From: Bacteriovoracia bacterium
GTDB lineage: Bacteria > Bdellovibrionota > UBA1018 > JBFWNL01
Length of the DNA: 64,000 nt
NCBI GenBank assembly: GCA_050251055.1
Contig: JBFWNL010000008.1
Location: 64,001 to 128,000, forward strand
Direction: 5' to 3'
Part shown: piece by piece, positions 43,765 to 54,673 of the stretch
Numbering within the stretch: position 1 is the stretch's first letter
Layout of the letters: each line of letters begins with the position of its first letter
Position numbers and translations under genes: made by a program
The notes under the pieces: generated by a model
Databases searched by the model: none
Told to the model about the DNA's origin: nothing
What the model saw: the letters and a program-made list of their open reading frames with translations, nothing else

Positions 43765-44466
43765 TTAAACTTTTTCAACCTGAATAAAATCAAGCTCGAT
43801 CGGGGTTGAGCGCCCGAAAATGCTGACCACCACTTTGACTTTGCCCTTATCTAGATTGACCTCTTCGATAATGCCACTGAAATTTGAGAACGGGCCGTCG
43901 ACCACGCGCACGCTCTCGCCTTCCTGAAAGGAGATCCGAGGGCGGGGTTTGACCTGCCCTTCGGCAATCCGGTTGGTCATTTTCTGAACTTCCGACTCAG
44001 GTACTGGCACGGGCTTTACCTTGTCGCCCACGAAACCCGTAATACGGGGGGTTTCCTTCACGACGTGCCAGGTTTCGTTGTTCAGGATCATCTTCACCAG
44101 GATGTAGCCTGGGAAGAAGCGACGTTTAGTCGTCTTCTTCTGGCCCTTGACCAGCTCGATGACGTTTTCTTCCGGAACGATCACTTCTTCGAAAAACTGC
44201 TGAACTTTCAGGGATTTGATCCGGTCCTCGAGGGCCAGTTTCGCCTTATTCTCAAAACCAGAATAGGTGTGGACCACATACCAGCACATCTGGGAATCGG
44301 CCGCGGGGGTAGCGAGGTTTTCGCTGATCCGTGCCGCGCGGGTGGCGGCGGGTTTTTCGACCGCCAGCGATCCCATCGCATCTTCGCGAGAAGGTTCGGG
44401 GGTGGCCCCGGTTTCCTGATTTTCCTCGGAAGCTACGGGGTTTTCGCCTTCTTGATTCTCTACCAC
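43765..44466 (-). CDS. nusG: Transcription termination/antitermination factor NusG with acidic N-terminal extension
   Basis: WYVVHTYSGFE, FFPGYILV, KOW motif GPF..F.G, IFGR.TP. Confidence 0.97.
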   Translation of the reverse strand: MVENQEGENPVASEENQETGATPEPSREDAMGSLAVEKPAATRAARISENLATPAADSQMCWYVVHTYSGFENKAKLALEDRIKSLKVQQFFEEVIVPEENVIELVKGQKKTTKRRFFPGYILVKMILNNETWHVVKETPRITGFVGDKVKPVPVPESEVQKMTNRIAEGQVKPRPRISFQEGESVRVVDGPFSNFSGIIEEVNLDKGKVKVVVSIFGRSTPIELDFIQVEKV

Positions 44467-44475
44467 AACTACTCC

Positions 44476-44871
44476 TTATCCAATCCAGTTCTTGAGCTGG
44501 AACGAGCTCTTCACGATCCACGTCCAGAGGCTGTCCAATCCGCCTAAGATAACGCCCGAGATGATGACCATTATAATGACCACAACGGTCGCGCGGGAAG
44601 TATCGTTACTCGTAGGCCAGGTCACGCGGCTCAGCTCCTCCACCACTTCGTTCATGAACTGGTTAGCTTTATCGTTCGCGTACAAGATGAAAAAACAGAG
44701 GGCAGTGACCCCGACCCCCACTCCACGCAAGATGAGGTCGATGTTCTGCATCCGCGCTTCGAGGTCGTAGGTGCCGGCCACCATGGTGGCGAGCTGGAAC
44801 ACGACGTAGCCCAGCAGCGCCGCCGCCGTGAGGAAACTACCGTTGACCCATCGTTGCCTTTGATTTTCCAT
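44476..44871 (-). CDS. secE: Preprotein translocase SecE
   Basis: EL.RVTWP motif, three TM segments, located between tRNA-Trp and nusG. Confidence 0.93.
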   Translation of the reverse strand: MENQRQRWVNGSFLTAAALLGYVVFQLATMVAGTYDLEARMQNIDLILRGVGVGVTALCFFILYANDKANQFMNEVVEELSRVTWPTSNDTSRATVVVIIMVIISGVILGGLDSLWTWIVKSSFQLKNWIG

Positions 44872-44884
44872 AAATCCTCTTTAG

Positions 44885-44961
44885 TGGCAGGCCAGGAGGG
44901 ATTCGAACCCACAACCTACGGATTTGGAATCCGCCGCTCTAGCCATTCGAGCTACTGGCCT
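44885..44961 (-). tRNA. tRNA-Trp(CCA)
   Basis: AGGCCAGTAGCTC...TTCCAAA...GGTTCGAATCC...GGCCTGCCA. Confidence 0.95.
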
Positions 44962-44969
44962 ACTCGCTA

Positions 44970-45119
44970 CTACTTACCTTCACGATGCATCGTGTGCTTA
45001 CGGCAGAATTTGCAGAACTTCTTGAACTGCAGCTTATCGGTCGTCTTCTGCTTGTTCTTCGTCGTCTGATAATTCTTCTGCTTACACTCGGTGCAATCTA
45101 AACCTACTCCGACTCGCAT
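44970..45119 (-). CDS. rpmG: 50S ribosomal protein L33 (Zn-binding form)
   Basis: [49 protein letters not shown] (49 aa; absent from the ORF track). Confidence 0.95.
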   Translation of the reverse strand: MRVGVGLDCTECKQKNYQTTKNKQKTTDKLQFKKFCKFCRKHTMHREGK

Positions 45120-45230
45120 ACTTCACTTCCTTCTAATGTACTTTCAGGTGCTCGCTAAAATCGACATCCTGTCGTTTTTGGGTCCACTGGACCCACGCTG
45201 CACTCCAGAAAAATTTGCTCCTGCAAATTT

Positions 45231-46421
45231 TTACTCGATGATCTCGGACACGACGCCGGCGCCGACGGTCTTGCCGCCTTCGCGAATGGCGAAGCGCAGT
45301 TCCTTCTCCATCGCCACTGGCGTAATGAGATCCACCGTGATCGCGATGTTATCGCCCGGCATCACCATCTCCACGTTCGGCGGCAACTCCACGATGCCCG
45401 TCACGTCCGTCGTGCGGAAGAAGAACTGAGGACGGTAACCCTTGAAGAATGGAGTGTGGCGTCCGCCTTCTTCCTTCTTCAAGATATAAACCGAGCCCTT
45501 GAACTTCTTGTGCGGCTTCACCGATCCCGGCTTCGCCAACACTTGTCCGCGCTCGACTTCTTCCTTCTTCGTGCCGCGGAGCAAAGCGCCCAGGTTGTCC
45601 CCGGCTTCGCCGTAATCAAGCAACTTGCGGAACATTTCGATGCCCGTCACCGTCGTCTTCGTCGTCGGACGCAGACCGATGATTTCCACTTCCTCGCCCA
45701 CCTTAATCGTTCCGCGTTCCACGCGGCCCGTGACCACCGTACCGCGGCCCGAGATGGAGAACACGTCTTCCACCGGCATCAAAAACGGCTTGTCCTTATC
45801 GCGCTGAGGCTGGGGAACGTAAGCGTCCACCGATTCCATCAGCTGCACGATCGCCTTTTCGCCCAGGTCGCCCTGGTCGCCAGCCAGACCCTTCGTCGCC
45901 GAACCCTTGATGATCGGGATCTTGTCGCCCGGGAATTCGTACTTCGAGAGAAGCTCGCGAACTTCCATCTCCACCAGGTCCAAAAGCTCCTTGTCGTCGA
46001 CCATGTCGCACTTGTTGAGGAATACAACAATGGCCGGAACACCGACCTGGCGGGCGAGCAGGATGTGCTCGCGCGTCTGCGGCATCGGACCGTCAGCGGC
46101 CGAAACCACCAAGATCGCGCCGTCCATTTGGGCGGCGCCCGTGATCATGTTCTTCACGTAGTCGGCGTGCCCAGGGCAGTCGACGTGCGCGTAGTGGCGC
46201 TTGTCCGTTTCGTATTCCACGTGCGAGGTGTTGATCGTGATCCCGCGCTCTTTTTCTTCCGGCGCGTTGTCGATCTGGTCGTACGCACGTGCCTGCGCGT
46301 AACCCTTCTTCGCCAGCACCGTCGTGATCGCCGCCGTCAACGTCGTCTTGCCGTGGTCGACGTGACCGATCGTCCCGATGTTGCAGTGGGGTTTCTTTCT
46401 ATCAAATTTCTCTTTTGCCAT
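45231..46421 (-). CDS. tuf: Elongation factor Tu
   Basis: [21 protein letters not shown]. Confidence 0.99.
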   Translation of the reverse strand: MAKEKFDRKKPHCNIGTIGHVDHGKTTLTAAITTVLAKKGYAQARAYDQIDNAPEEKERGITINTSHVEYETDKRHYAHVDCPGHADYVKNMITGAAQMDGAILVVSAADGPMPQTREHILLARQVGVPAIVVFLNKCDMVDDKELLDLVEMEVRELLSKYEFPGDKIPIIKGSATKGLAGDQGDLGEKAIVQLMESVDAYVPQPQRDKDKPFLMPVEDVFSISGRGTVVTGRVERGTIKVGEEVEIIGLRPTTKTTVTGIEMFRKLLDYGEAGDNLGALLRGTKKEEVERGQVLAKPGSVKPHKKFKGSVYILKKEEGGRHTPFFKGYRPQFFFRTTDVTGIVELPPNVEMVMPGDNIAITVDLITPVAMEKELRFAIREGGKTVGAGVVSEIIE

Positions 46422-46488
46422 TCTTCGTTCTCCTAAAAAACTTTACTGGGTGAGACGCCCGGAACATCCGAACGCCTCACCGAAATCA

Positions 46489-46564
46489 TGGAGCTCCCGA
46501 CGGGACTTGAACCCGTGACCTCACCCTTACCAAGGGTGTGCTCTACCAACTGAGCTACAGGAGC
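46489..46564 (-). tRNA. tRNA-Thr(GGT)
   Basis: Cloverleaf, anticodon loop TTGGTAA, CCA end. Confidence 0.95.
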
Positions 46565-46595
46565 ACCTAGTTCAACACCTTTTCAGACGTTGAAC

Positions 46596-46672
46596 TGGAG
46601 CGGGAGACGGGACTCGAACCCGCGACCCTCAGCTTGGAAGGCTGATGCTCTAGCCAACTGAGCTACTCCCGC
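46596..46672 (-). tRNA. tRNA-Gly(TCC)
   Basis: Cloverleaf, anticodon loop CTTCCAA, CCA end. Confidence 0.95.
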
Positions 46673-46735
46673 AAACTGCTCTCACTCCACAAATCCGAAA
46701 ACCAAAACTTTCACGGCACGCTCCACGCAAAAGTG

Positions 46736-46821
46736 TGGTGGAGAGGGAAGGGTTCGAACCTTCGAAGGCGTGAGCCGCCAGATTTACAGTCTGGTCCCTT
46801 TGACCGCTCGGGAACCTCTCC
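46736..46821 (-). tRNA. tRNA-Tyr(GTA)
   Basis: Cloverleaf with long variable arm, anticodon loop CTGTAAA. Confidence 0.95.
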
Positions 46822-46850
46822 GTCTCACAAACATTTTGCGCAACAATAAG

Positions 46851-46926
46851 TGGAGCTGGAGAAGGGACTTGAACCCATAACCTGCTGATTACAAATCAGC
46901 TGCTCTACCAATTGAGCTACTCCAGC
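46851..46926 (-). tRNA. tRNA-Thr(TGT)
   Basis: Cloverleaf, anticodon loop TTTGTAA, CCA end. Confidence 0.95.
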
Positions 46927-47137
46927 AACCGAAATTTCTGGATAGACAAGCCCACCAGCGTCGTACCGAATTGCGCAATTTTGCCGTTGCCGGCAAATTT
47001 CCATCCTTTAGTGGAAAAGTCAATGAGTTTGAGGGCTTTCCGGGGGAAAAGCGGCTTGAAAACTCCGGCTGAACTCCCTCGGAAAAGTGGAATTAACCGG
47101 GAATCTAGGTTGCTTATAGCAAATACTCGCGCTAGCG

Positions 47138-47698
47138 ATGAGAAATATGAAAAAACAACTTACAGTATTTACAGTTCTTTTTGGTTTAACCGCCGCCGTT
47201 TTCGCCTCCGGAAACGCCCTCGCCGCTGAGAAAAAGGGGTCCTCGACCACCTCTTCGATGGAGTCCTTCCGCAGCAGCAGCAGCGCCCCCTGGGGACTAG
47301 GTCTCACGACTACCTTAAACGGCATGTCCGGCATCAGCGGCTGGATCCCGTTTGGTGAAGGGATGCAAGGCCTGCAGCTGGGTTTCGGCATCCAGACCAC
47401 GTCTCCTTTCACTTTTGCTCTGGGCGCGGCTTATAAGTCCACCCTGGCCGGAACTCGTCAAACAGGCTTCCACATCGGCGGCGGTATCGCCCTCGGCACC
47501 GGCGGAAACGGACTGGGCGGCACGCAATTCAATATCGGCATTTCCGGCATCTTGGGCGTTCACTACTCCCCGGTGGAAGCGTTCCAAATGAGCTTCGACG
47601 CCGGTCCCACCGTCACCATCGCCGGCGGTTCGGCTAGCTTCGGAATGGGCGCCCTGTCCACCCTGGCTGGCTTCACCGTGATGTATATGTTCTATTAA
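47138..47698 (+). CDS. Small outer-membrane beta-barrel protein
   Basis: Signal peptide, Gly-rich amphipathic strands, C-terminal YMFY. Confidence 0.75.
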   Translation: MRNMKKQLTVFTVLFGLTAAVFASGNALAAEKKGSSTTSSMESFRSSSSAPWGLGLTTTLNGMSGISGWIPFGEGMQGLQLGFGIQTTSPFTFALGAAYKSTLAGTRQTGFHIGGGIALGTGGNGLGGTQFNIGISGILGVHYSPVEAFQMSFDAGPTVTIAGGSASFGMGALSTLAGFTVMYMFY

Positions 47699-47730
47699 CT
47701 TCAAACTCTTTAAATAAATATTAACAATCA

Positions 47731-47772
47731 AGGCCCTTGGTATTTTAAGTATTTAAAATCCAAGGGCTTTTT
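47731..47772 (+). terminator. Intrinsic terminator
   Basis: GCCCTTGG...CCAAGGGC stem with AT-rich inner pairing, followed by TTTTT. Confidence 0.8.
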
Positions 47773-47857
47773 CATATCTTCCGTTCCTTGAAGTCTTCAA
47801 GGCCCTTTGACATAATTAAACCATAACAGTCGGTCTTTGAACTTTTAAGGAGTCTCT

Positions 47858-48499
47858 ATGAAACGCGGTACGTTTGTGGTGAGAGCTTCTCTCTTATTTA
47901 TTATGGCCCTCTCGAGCATGTCCTGCTTGAAGGGAGCGAACACGACCCGGGCGGCGACCCTGGCGAACATGATCGCGCGCAATTCGGCGGCGGATGACGG
48001 TGGCGATAAGCCAGCCGATCCGATCGTAGAAGAAGATAAATCCCTCGTGGCCTCCCTTGAAGAAGAGGAAGAAGAAAAAGCAGTCGAGCTGGCGTCGGAA
48101 GCCTGGGAAGACACCGCGGGCTGCGAAGCTACGGGAAAAAATCAAAGCGTCCTGATGGCGATGAATTTCGCCAGCGACGGCAGCATGGAGTTAGTGTCGA
48201 ATGCATATAGCGACGAAGTTTGCGGCGCGATCGCCAAACAGGTGACCGCCACGGGTACGTGGGGCGTCGTGAAAGAAGACGATAGCCTGCGCACGATCAA
48301 GCTGGATACGGGCGAAGCGGCCCTTTATCAAGTCGTGGCGGATAAGTTCGGCGACTTCACCCTCGTCCTGATCAGCGGCGACGACCACGAATTGCTCTTG
48401 GGCGAATACCTGCTCACCAAGGCCGTGGACGAAGAAGACGCCATGGACGACGCCAAGGATGATGGCGGCGACGACGGCGCCCTCGAATCCAAGAAGTAA
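47858..48499 (+). CDS. Acidic hypothetical lipoprotein
   Basis: AAGGAG RBS, signal with Cys (SMSC), lipocalin-like GTW/W...C motifs, D/E-rich segments. Confidence 0.7.
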   Translation: MKRGTFVVRASLLFIMALSSMSCLKGANTTRAATLANMIARNSAADDGGDKPADPIVEEDKSLVASLEEEEEEKAVELASEAWEDTAGCEATGKNQSVLMAMNFASDGSMELVSNAYSDEVCGAIAKQVTATGTWGVVKEDDSLRTIKLDTGEAALYQVVADKFGDFTLVLISGDDHELLLGEYLLTKAVDEEDAMDDAKDDGGDDGALESKK

Positions 48500-48596
48500 G
48501 CGCCTCCGTTCATTACCACACCAGTTAAACGGCAGACATGATTCGCCCTGGTTTGCGCAGACGAGCGCGCGGACCGGGGCGAAATCATTTTTCCCA

Positions 48597-49202
48597 TCAC
48601 AAATGAATCGCGTAGCCACCGGTGAACTGCCACTCGGCCTGATGCAGGCTCGGAAAGCTGCGGAACACCACCGTGACGCCGAAGTCGGCGGAATTCTTCT
48701 CGGCCACGCGCAAGGAAGTACCTAACCCGAAGTAAGGATCGATCTGCGTCGGGCTGTACGAAGTGGAAACGCTGGTGCCGACGGTCGTGACGGTCTTTAC
48801 CTTGCTGATCTGCCCGCCGCCGCGCAGGCTCGCGGAGAACACACTGCCCATCTGATAAGTGCCTTTGAGCCCCAGCTTGATCTTTTCCGCGGTGTCGCTG
48901 ACGGTTTCGCCGCTCGCGGGAAACGTTTCGGTACCCGCGCCATGGGTGTACTCAAGCTCGAGCGAAAGGAAGCTGTAAGTGGCCGCCGCGTTCACCCCGT
49001 ACGTGAGGCGATTGTAGGTGTGCGGGGTCGGGGTATCCTTGTACACGCGGTCATAGCCGATGATGGGCTTGACCGTGTACTGGACGCCGCCGAACTCGGC
49101 GGCGGACGCGAACGGCCCGGTCGCCGCCAGAAAACCGACGGCGCCAAGACCTCCGAACGCGATTAAACGGCGAAGAATGCGCATACTTCGCTTTTCGGTC
49201 AT
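48597..49202 (-). CDS. Outer-membrane beta-barrel protein
   Basis: Signal peptide, alternating strands, C-terminal GGYAIHL; ATGA-coupled to rlmB. Confidence 0.72.
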   Translation of the reverse strand: MTEKRSMRILRRLIAFGGLGAVGFLAATGPFASAAEFGGVQYTVKPIIGYDRVYKDTPTPHTYNRLTYGVNAAATYSFLSLELEYTHGAGTETFPASGETVSDTAEKIKLGLKGTYQMGSVFSASLRGGGQISKVKTVTTVGTSVSTSYSPTQIDPYFGLGTSLRVAEKNSADFGVTVVFRSFPSLHQAEWQFTGGYAIHL

Positions 49203-49981
49203 GGCGGGGCGAACCTTGAAATGAGGATGCCCGCGGCGACCGAGACGTTGAGCGAGGTCACCTCACCCGCATCGGCCGAAGCGGGCGGGATGGCGCAGAT
49301 CTCGTCGCAGTTTTTCTCGACCTGCTTGCGCATGCCGCTCTCTTCGTTGCCGAGCACAAGCAGCCACGCGCGGTCGCGCGCCACCTGATCGTAGCGAGCC
49401 TTGGCGTGCTCGCTAGTGCCCAGGATCCAAAGGCCCGCCTCCTTCGCTTTCTCCAGGCAGCGGTTCAGATTCGTTTCAATACAAAAGGGGACGTTTTCCA
49501 CGCCACCGCAGGCGGTGTCGTACACTACCGGGCCTAACGTCGCCGCGCGGTCGCGGGTCATCATGATGCCCTTCACGCCGAAGAACGCGGCCGTGCGGAA
49601 GATCGCGCCGACGTTGTGCGGATCAAGTAACCCGTCGAAGGCAAGCCAAAGGCCCTGATTCGGGTCCACATTGGCGAGTAGCTCTTCGAGCGCGACGGGT
49701 TCGCGGTCTTTCACGAGCGCTTCGGAGAGTGCGGTGCGGCCGTCTTTGGCGCCGGCTCCGCCGCCGCGCTGGTCTCGCGGGTCCCGACGTCCGCCCGCAT
49801 TCTGCCCTGCCGGTCCACCGGAAACCGTGCGCACGTTCACACGCTTCTGCTGTGCCAGTTCGCGCACCTGCTGCCAGGCTTCGCTCACGCCCGCGGCCGG
49901 AATGCGCACTTCTACGACGTCTTGTGGGCGGGAAACGAGCGCGGCCATCACGCTATGCGGATTCTTGAGGGTCAGCGCCAT
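49199..49981 (-). CDS. rlmB: SpoU/TrmH 23S rRNA 2'-O-methyltransferase (RlmB-like)
   Basis: DP.NVGAI.R, LGNEESG, SLNVSVAAGI. Confidence 0.85.
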   Translation of the reverse strand: MALTLKNPHSVMAALVSRPQDVVEVRIPAAGVSEAWQQVRELAQQKRVNVRTVSGGPAGQNAGGRRDPRDQRGGGAGAKDGRTALSEALVKDREPVALEELLANVDPNQGLWLAFDGLLDPHNVGAIFRTAAFFGVKGIMMTRDRAATLGPVVYDTACGGVENVPFCIETNLNRCLEKAKEAGLWILGTSEHAKARYDQVARDRAWLLVLGNEESGMRKQVEKNCDEICAIPPASADAGEVTSLNVSVAAGILISRFAPP

Positions 49982-50718
49982 CAGCCGCTCAGCTCTTTCA
50001 AAATCGCTTCGGTCGCCGCGCGCGGATCCGCGGCCTGCGTGATGGGCCGACCCACCACGATCGCGCCGGCCCCAAGCTGCGCGGCTTGCTTCGGCGTCAT
50101 CGTACGCCCTTGGTCTTGGGCCGCGGTACCGGCGGGGCGGATGCCCGGCACGACGGTGTAGAGGCCGGCGAACTCTTCCCGCAAGGCTTCGAGCTCATGC
50201 GAGGAACAGACGATCCCGTCCACTCCCCAGGCCTTCGCCTGCCGGACCATGTTCTTCACCGACTCGCCGATCACATAAGGCTTCGCCGAAACGGTGGACA
50301 TCGCCTGCGACCAGCGATCTTCATCGAAAGACGTCAGCACGGTCACCCCTAGAATTTTCGGACGCGCCGCCGAGCGCGCGCCGTCAGCCGGAGCAAGCTC
50401 ACGTACGGTGGCCTGGACCATTTCGGGACCGCCCGCGACGTGCAGGGTGAACATCTCGGCGCCCATGCGCGCGACCTGCGCGGCGGACTTGGCTACCGTG
50501 TTCGGAATGTCGTGGAACTTCAGGTCAACGAAAACGCGCTGACGAAGCGAGACGAGCTTGCGTACGAGCTCCGAGCCGCCGGACTGGAATAGCTCGAGCC
50601 CGACCTTGTAAACGACGGGCAGCCCCTTGAGCTTTTCGACCAGGGCAAATGCCTCGGCGGCCGTGGCGAAATCCAGCGCCACAATCAACTCGGTCTGCGT
50701 GGCGTTCTTTTCGGACAT
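49981..50718 (-). CDS. pyrF: Orotidine-5'-phosphate decarboxylase
   Basis: IVALD, KVGLE, DLKFHDIPNT, PGIRP, VVGRPI. Confidence 0.96.
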   Translation of the reverse strand: MSEKNATQTELIVALDFATAAEAFALVEKLKGLPVVYKVGLELFQSGGSELVRKLVSLRQRVFVDLKFHDIPNTVAKSAAQVARMGAEMFTLHVAGGPEMVQATVRELAPADGARSAARPKILGVTVLTSFDEDRWSQAMSTVSAKPYVIGESVKNMVRQAKAWGVDGIVCSSHELEALREEFAGLYTVVPGIRPAGTAAQDQGRTMTPKQAAQLGAGAIVVGRPITQAADPRAATEAILKELSG

Positions 50719-50729
50719 GCGGCCCCCTC

Positions 50730-52205
50730 TTAGTAAGACTTCGCGAAAATGGTCCGTACGCAGTTCGTGGTCTTGCCCGTGAAGATGCACGGCTCTTTTT
50801 CCACGATCGGCTTATGGTTTTCATCCAGCATAATGCAGCGAACGGTGGCCTTGGTCTCTTCCTTCACCTTGGCTTCGGCCGCGGCGTCCTGCGACCAGGA
50901 GCAGATGAGGAATCCGCCCGGGGTTTCGATCTTTTCCTTGAACTCCGCATAAGAGCCCACGCGGAAGGTGTTCTCGTCGCGGAACTTCCGCGCCCGCTCT
51001 AAAAGATCTTTCTGCATCGCGCCCAGTTCACGCGCGACGGTGGAGGCCAGCTCGCCCAGCGGGATGAAGTTCTTCACGCCCAGATCCCGGCGGGTCATCA
51101 CGACCTGGTTCTTCTCTAAATCACGCGGACCCACTTCAATGCGCACGGGCACGCCGACCAATTCGTACTCGAAGAACTTCCAGCCCGGCTTTTTGGTTTC
51201 GTCTTTATCCACTTCCACCATCACGTCGTACGGAAGGCCGGCCGACTTGCCCGCGGCGCGGATTTCGGCGGCGAGCTTGTCCGCCACCTCGTACACTCTC
51301 CCTTTGGCCGATTCATCGCCGCCGTAAATCGGCACGATCACCGCGTGCAGAGGCGCGAGCCGAGGCGGCACGACGAAGCCCTTGTCGTCGGAGTGGGTCA
51401 TGATCACGCCGCCCACGAGGCGCGTGGACACGCCCCAGCTGGTTTGGTGCACGTGCTTTTGCTTGCTGTCGCTGTCCAAGAACTGCGTATCGAACGCCTT
51501 GGCGAAATTGCTCGCTAAATTATGGGACGTACCCGCCTGGAGCGCCTTCTTGTCCTGCATCATGGCCTCGATACAGTACGTGCGCAGGGCGCCCGCGAAC
51601 TTCTCCGCCTCGGACTTAAGGCCTGGAATCACGGGAATGGCGAGCACATTCTCGGCGAACTCGGTGTAAACCTTCAGCATCTGAATCGTCATCGCCTCGG
51701 CTTCTTCCGCCGTCGCGTGGCAAGTGTGGCCTTCCTGCCAAAGGAATTCGGTGGTGCGCAAAAAGAGGCGCGTGCGCATTTCCCAACGCACGACGTTCGC
51801 CCACTGGTTTATCAGCAGAGGCAGATCGCGATACGACTGGATCCACTTGGCGAACATGCTGTTAATGATGGTTTCGGAAGTGGGACGCACGACGAGTTTT
51901 TCTTCGAGTGCCTTGCCGCCGGCAATACCCACGACCGCGAGCTGGGGCGCGAAACCTTCGACGTGCTCGGCCTCTTTCTTCAGAAAGCTCTCCGGGATGA
52001 ACATCGGGAAATAGGCGTTCTTCACGCCGCACGCCTTGATCCGGGCATCTAGCTCGCGCTGGATGCGCTCCCACACCGCGTACCCATTGGGGCGAATGAC
52101 CATGCACCCCTTCACGGGGCTATAGTCGGCCAGCTTCGCCTGGATGACGATATCCTGGTACCACTCGGAAAAGTCCTTACTACGCGGGGTGATTTTTTCG
52201 GCCAT
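50730..52205 (-). CDS. proS: Proline-tRNA ligase, archaeal/eukaryotic-like type
   Basis: [42 protein letters not shown]-terminal Tyr; no INS editing domain. Confidence 0.96.
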   Translation of the reverse strand: MAEKITPRSKDFSEWYQDIVIQAKLADYSPVKGCMVIRPNGYAVWERIQRELDARIKACGVKNAYFPMFIPESFLKKEAEHVEGFAPQLAVVGIAGGKALEEKLVVRPTSETIINSMFAKWIQSYRDLPLLINQWANVVRWEMRTRLFLRTTEFLWQEGHTCHATAEEAEAMTIQMLKVYTEFAENVLAIPVIPGLKSEAEKFAGALRTYCIEAMMQDKKALQAGTSHNLASNFAKAFDTQFLDSDSKQKHVHQTSWGVSTRLVGGVIMTHSDDKGFVVPPRLAPLHAVIVPIYGGDESAKGRVYEVADKLAAEIRAAGKSAGLPYDVMVEVDKDETKKPGWKFFEYELVGVPVRIEVGPRDLEKNQVVMTRRDLGVKNFIPLGELASTVARELGAMQKDLLERARKFRDENTFRVGSYAEFKEKIETPGGFLICSWSQDAAAEAKVKEETKATVRCIMLDENHKPIVEKEPCIFTGKTTNCVRTIFAKSY

Positions 52206-52327
52206 AAGTCCTCACAACCTAATCGCGAGGGGTCGCTGCCGCAAGGAGACAAATCGCTTGCGGGGCATTTTGGGGTACGGCATGTAGAAGGAGGGTCCCA
52301 AGAGACAGTCACGGAGTAAACCAACGG

Positions 52328-54673
52328 TTGGAAAACCAGATTAAATCAATCGGACAAACCGTGAGCGAACACCGCAAGCGCCGGCGCGAGCGAATCGCCA
52401 TTCTCTTGCTGGCCGTGCTCTTCTTTCTCCTGACCATCGCGGAATTCCGCCTGACCCGGGTGTCGAGCACGCTCCCCTTCGTGAACTCGATCTTTTTCTT
52501 CGGTCTCCTGAACATTAACATCGTGCTTTTGATCGCCCTCTTCTGGCTGATCTTCCGCAACATCGGAAAGCTTTTTTTGGAGCGCCGAAGCCGCGTCTTG
52601 GGCGCCCGCCTGAAGACGAAACTCGTGGTCGCGTTCCTGGCGTTCTCCATCACGCCGACGTTGATCCTGTTCGTGATCTCGTCTTTTTACATCAACTCGA
52701 GTTTCGATAAGTGGTTCTCGATCAAGATTCAAAATACGTTGCAAGCCTCGCTCGAGATCACCGGTACCTACTACCGTAACGCCGAGCGGACCACCAAGCA
52801 CTTCGCTGAACACCTGGCCAACCAGCTCTCGAAGCATCCGGCGGCCGAAGAGTCCATTAACCCCATCACCGCGGAAGCGATCCCGAAGTGGGTGGGTAAG
52901 TTTCTCGAGGATCAGCGCGAGCTGCTCGCGCTGAATGCGGTGGAATTTTACGGCGATCCGTTCGACGAACGCTTCCTCTCGCAAGAGGGCTCTTCCGCGG
53001 AAACGATCAATCACTACCCCCGCCTTTCCTTGGATATCTTGGATAAGGCGTTCGGTGGCGAGGTCACGACCGTCACCCAACGCATCGGCACGGGAGATTT
53101 GATCCGCTGCCTGATGCCGGTGCGGATCGATAAACGCGGGCCCGTCGTCGGCGTGGTGGTCGTGGACGCCTACATCCCCATCAGCCTCGTGAATAAGGTC
53201 GGCGAGATCGCCGGCGTATTCGAGGATTACAAAGGGACGAACCCGCTGAAATATCCCATCAAGACGGCCTATTTCGTGATTCTGGTCATGATCACGCTCG
53301 TGCTGATCTTCGTCGCGGTGTGGATCGGGCTCTACCTCGCGCGCGAGCTGACCGTGCCGGTCGAGCGCCTGGTGCGCGGCGCCCAGCAGGTCGGCTCGGG
53401 CAATTTGGACGTTTCCATCGAGGCGGCGGGGCAGGACGAGATCGCCGTGCTGGTCGATTCGTTCAACAAAATGACGCGCGACCTGAAGGACAATCGCGCC
53501 CGGCTCACCCAGGCCAGCGTCGATCTGGAAGCCCGCAAGATCCAGCTGGAAGCCGTGCTCGCGAACATCGGCACTGGCGTCATCGTGGTCGGCCGCGACG
53601 GCGTCATTACGACGTTCAACCGCGCGGCGGCGCAGCTTTTGGAAATCGCGCCGGATCGCATGCTGCACGCGCGGTACGACCAGGCCTTAAGCGGCGAAAC
53701 CGTACCGCTCGTGGAGCTCATCGAACGCGCCTTCAAGGCCTTCCAAAGCAACAAGGACGTTCCCGCCGAAATCACCCACTGGAACTTCAAGGCGCCCGAC
53801 AACGTGCGCGCGCTGGCCGGCATCGCCACGCCGCTCAGGGACGCGGAAGCGCACTGGGGCGTGGTCGTCGTGATCGACGACATGAGCCACCTGATCAAAG
53901 CCCAGCGTGAAGTCGCGTGGCGCGAAGTCGCCCGCCGCATCGCCCACGAGATCAAGAATCCGCTCACGCCCATCAAACTCTCCGCCCAGCGCCTGCAGCG
54001 CCGCCTCGGACACTACCGCGGCAAGGAAGGCGAAGTACTGAAAGAATGCACCGAGACCATCGTGAAACACACGGACGAGCTCAAGGAAATGGTGAACGAG
54101 TTTTCCAACTTCGCCCGATTCCCGGAAATCACGCCGGCTCCGAACGACATTGCCAAGGCGATCCGCGAAACGCTCACCCTTTTCAAGCAGGCCCATCCGC
54201 AGATCTCGATGACGTTTGAACCCGACACGCGCATGCCCACCTTCGAGTTCGACCGCGAACAAATCAAACGCGTGGTGATGAACCTGCTCGACAACGCCAT
54301 CTCCGCCTTGAACGCCGTCCACACCGCGAAGCTAAAAGAGATCCGCATCCAAACCCACTACAATGAAGCCTTACAGATGGCCGTGGTGTCGGTCGAAGAC
54401 AATGGCCCGGGCATGGAAGAGGACGTGCGCTCGCGCGTTTTCGAGCCCTATTTTTCCACCAAGCAGGACGGCACGGGACTGGGCTTGGCCATCGCCAAAC
54501 GCATCGTAAACGACCATGACGGGTTTATCCGCGTGGAATCGACGCCCGGCAAGGGCACCCGCTTCTGGATCGAGCTGCCGACTGCCCTGCGCCGCGACTT
54601 TTCCGGGGCCGAATCGCCTGAAACCGTGCTAAACAAATCCTCAGGCAAGGCAAGCCGAGGAGCCGCAAAATGA
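52328..54673 (+). CDS. ntrY: NtrY-like PAS/HAMP sensor histidine kinase
   Basis: N-terminal TMs, HAMP, PAS, AWREVARRIAHEIKNPLTPI, GTGLGL. Confidence 0.88.
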   Translation: MENQIKSIGQTVSEHRKRRRERIAILLLAVLFFLLTIAEFRLTRVSSTLPFVNSIFFFGLLNINIVLLIALFWLIFRNIGKLFLERRSRVLGARLKTKLVVAFLAFSITPTLILFVISSFYINSSFDKWFSIKIQNTLQASLEITGTYYRNAERTTKHFAEHLANQLSKHPAAEESINPITAEAIPKWVGKFLEDQRELLALNAVEFYGDPFDERFLSQEGSSAETINHYPRLSLDILDKAFGGEVTTVTQRIGTGDLIRCLMPVRIDKRGPVVGVVVVDAYIPISLVNKVGEIAGVFEDYKGTNPLKYPIKTAYFVILVMITLVLIFVAVWIGLYLARELTVPVERLVRGAQQVGSGNLDVSIEAAGQDEIAVLVDSFNKMTRDLKDNRARLTQASVDLEARKIQLEAVLANIGTGVIVVGRDGVITTFNRAAAQLLEIAPDRMLHARYDQALSGETVPLVELIERAFKAFQSNKDVPAEITHWNFKAPDNVRALAGIATPLRDAEAHWGVVVVIDDMSHLIKAQREVAWREVARRIAHEIKNPLTPIKLSAQRLQRRLGHYRGKEGEVLKECTETIVKHTDELKEMVNEFSNFARFPEITPAPNDIAKAIRETLTLFKQAHPQISMTFEPDTRMPTFEFDREQIKRVVMNLLDNAISALNAVHTAKLKEIRIQTHYNEALQMAVVSVEDNGPGMEEDVRSRVFEPYFSTKQDGTGLGLAIAKRIVNDHDGFIRVESTPGKGTRFWIELPTALRRDFSGAESPETVLNKSSGKASRGAAK

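Noticed and set aside
47099-47114. Sigma54 promoter upstream of the small barrel gene
   Set aside because: GG-N10-GC spacing and TTGCT are present, but the -24 element (GGGAAT) is a poor match; too weak to list as a feature.
50730-52205. Archaeal/eukaryotic-type ProRS as a recent horizontal transfer
   Set aside because: This type is widespread in several bacterial phyla, and codon usage matches the host.
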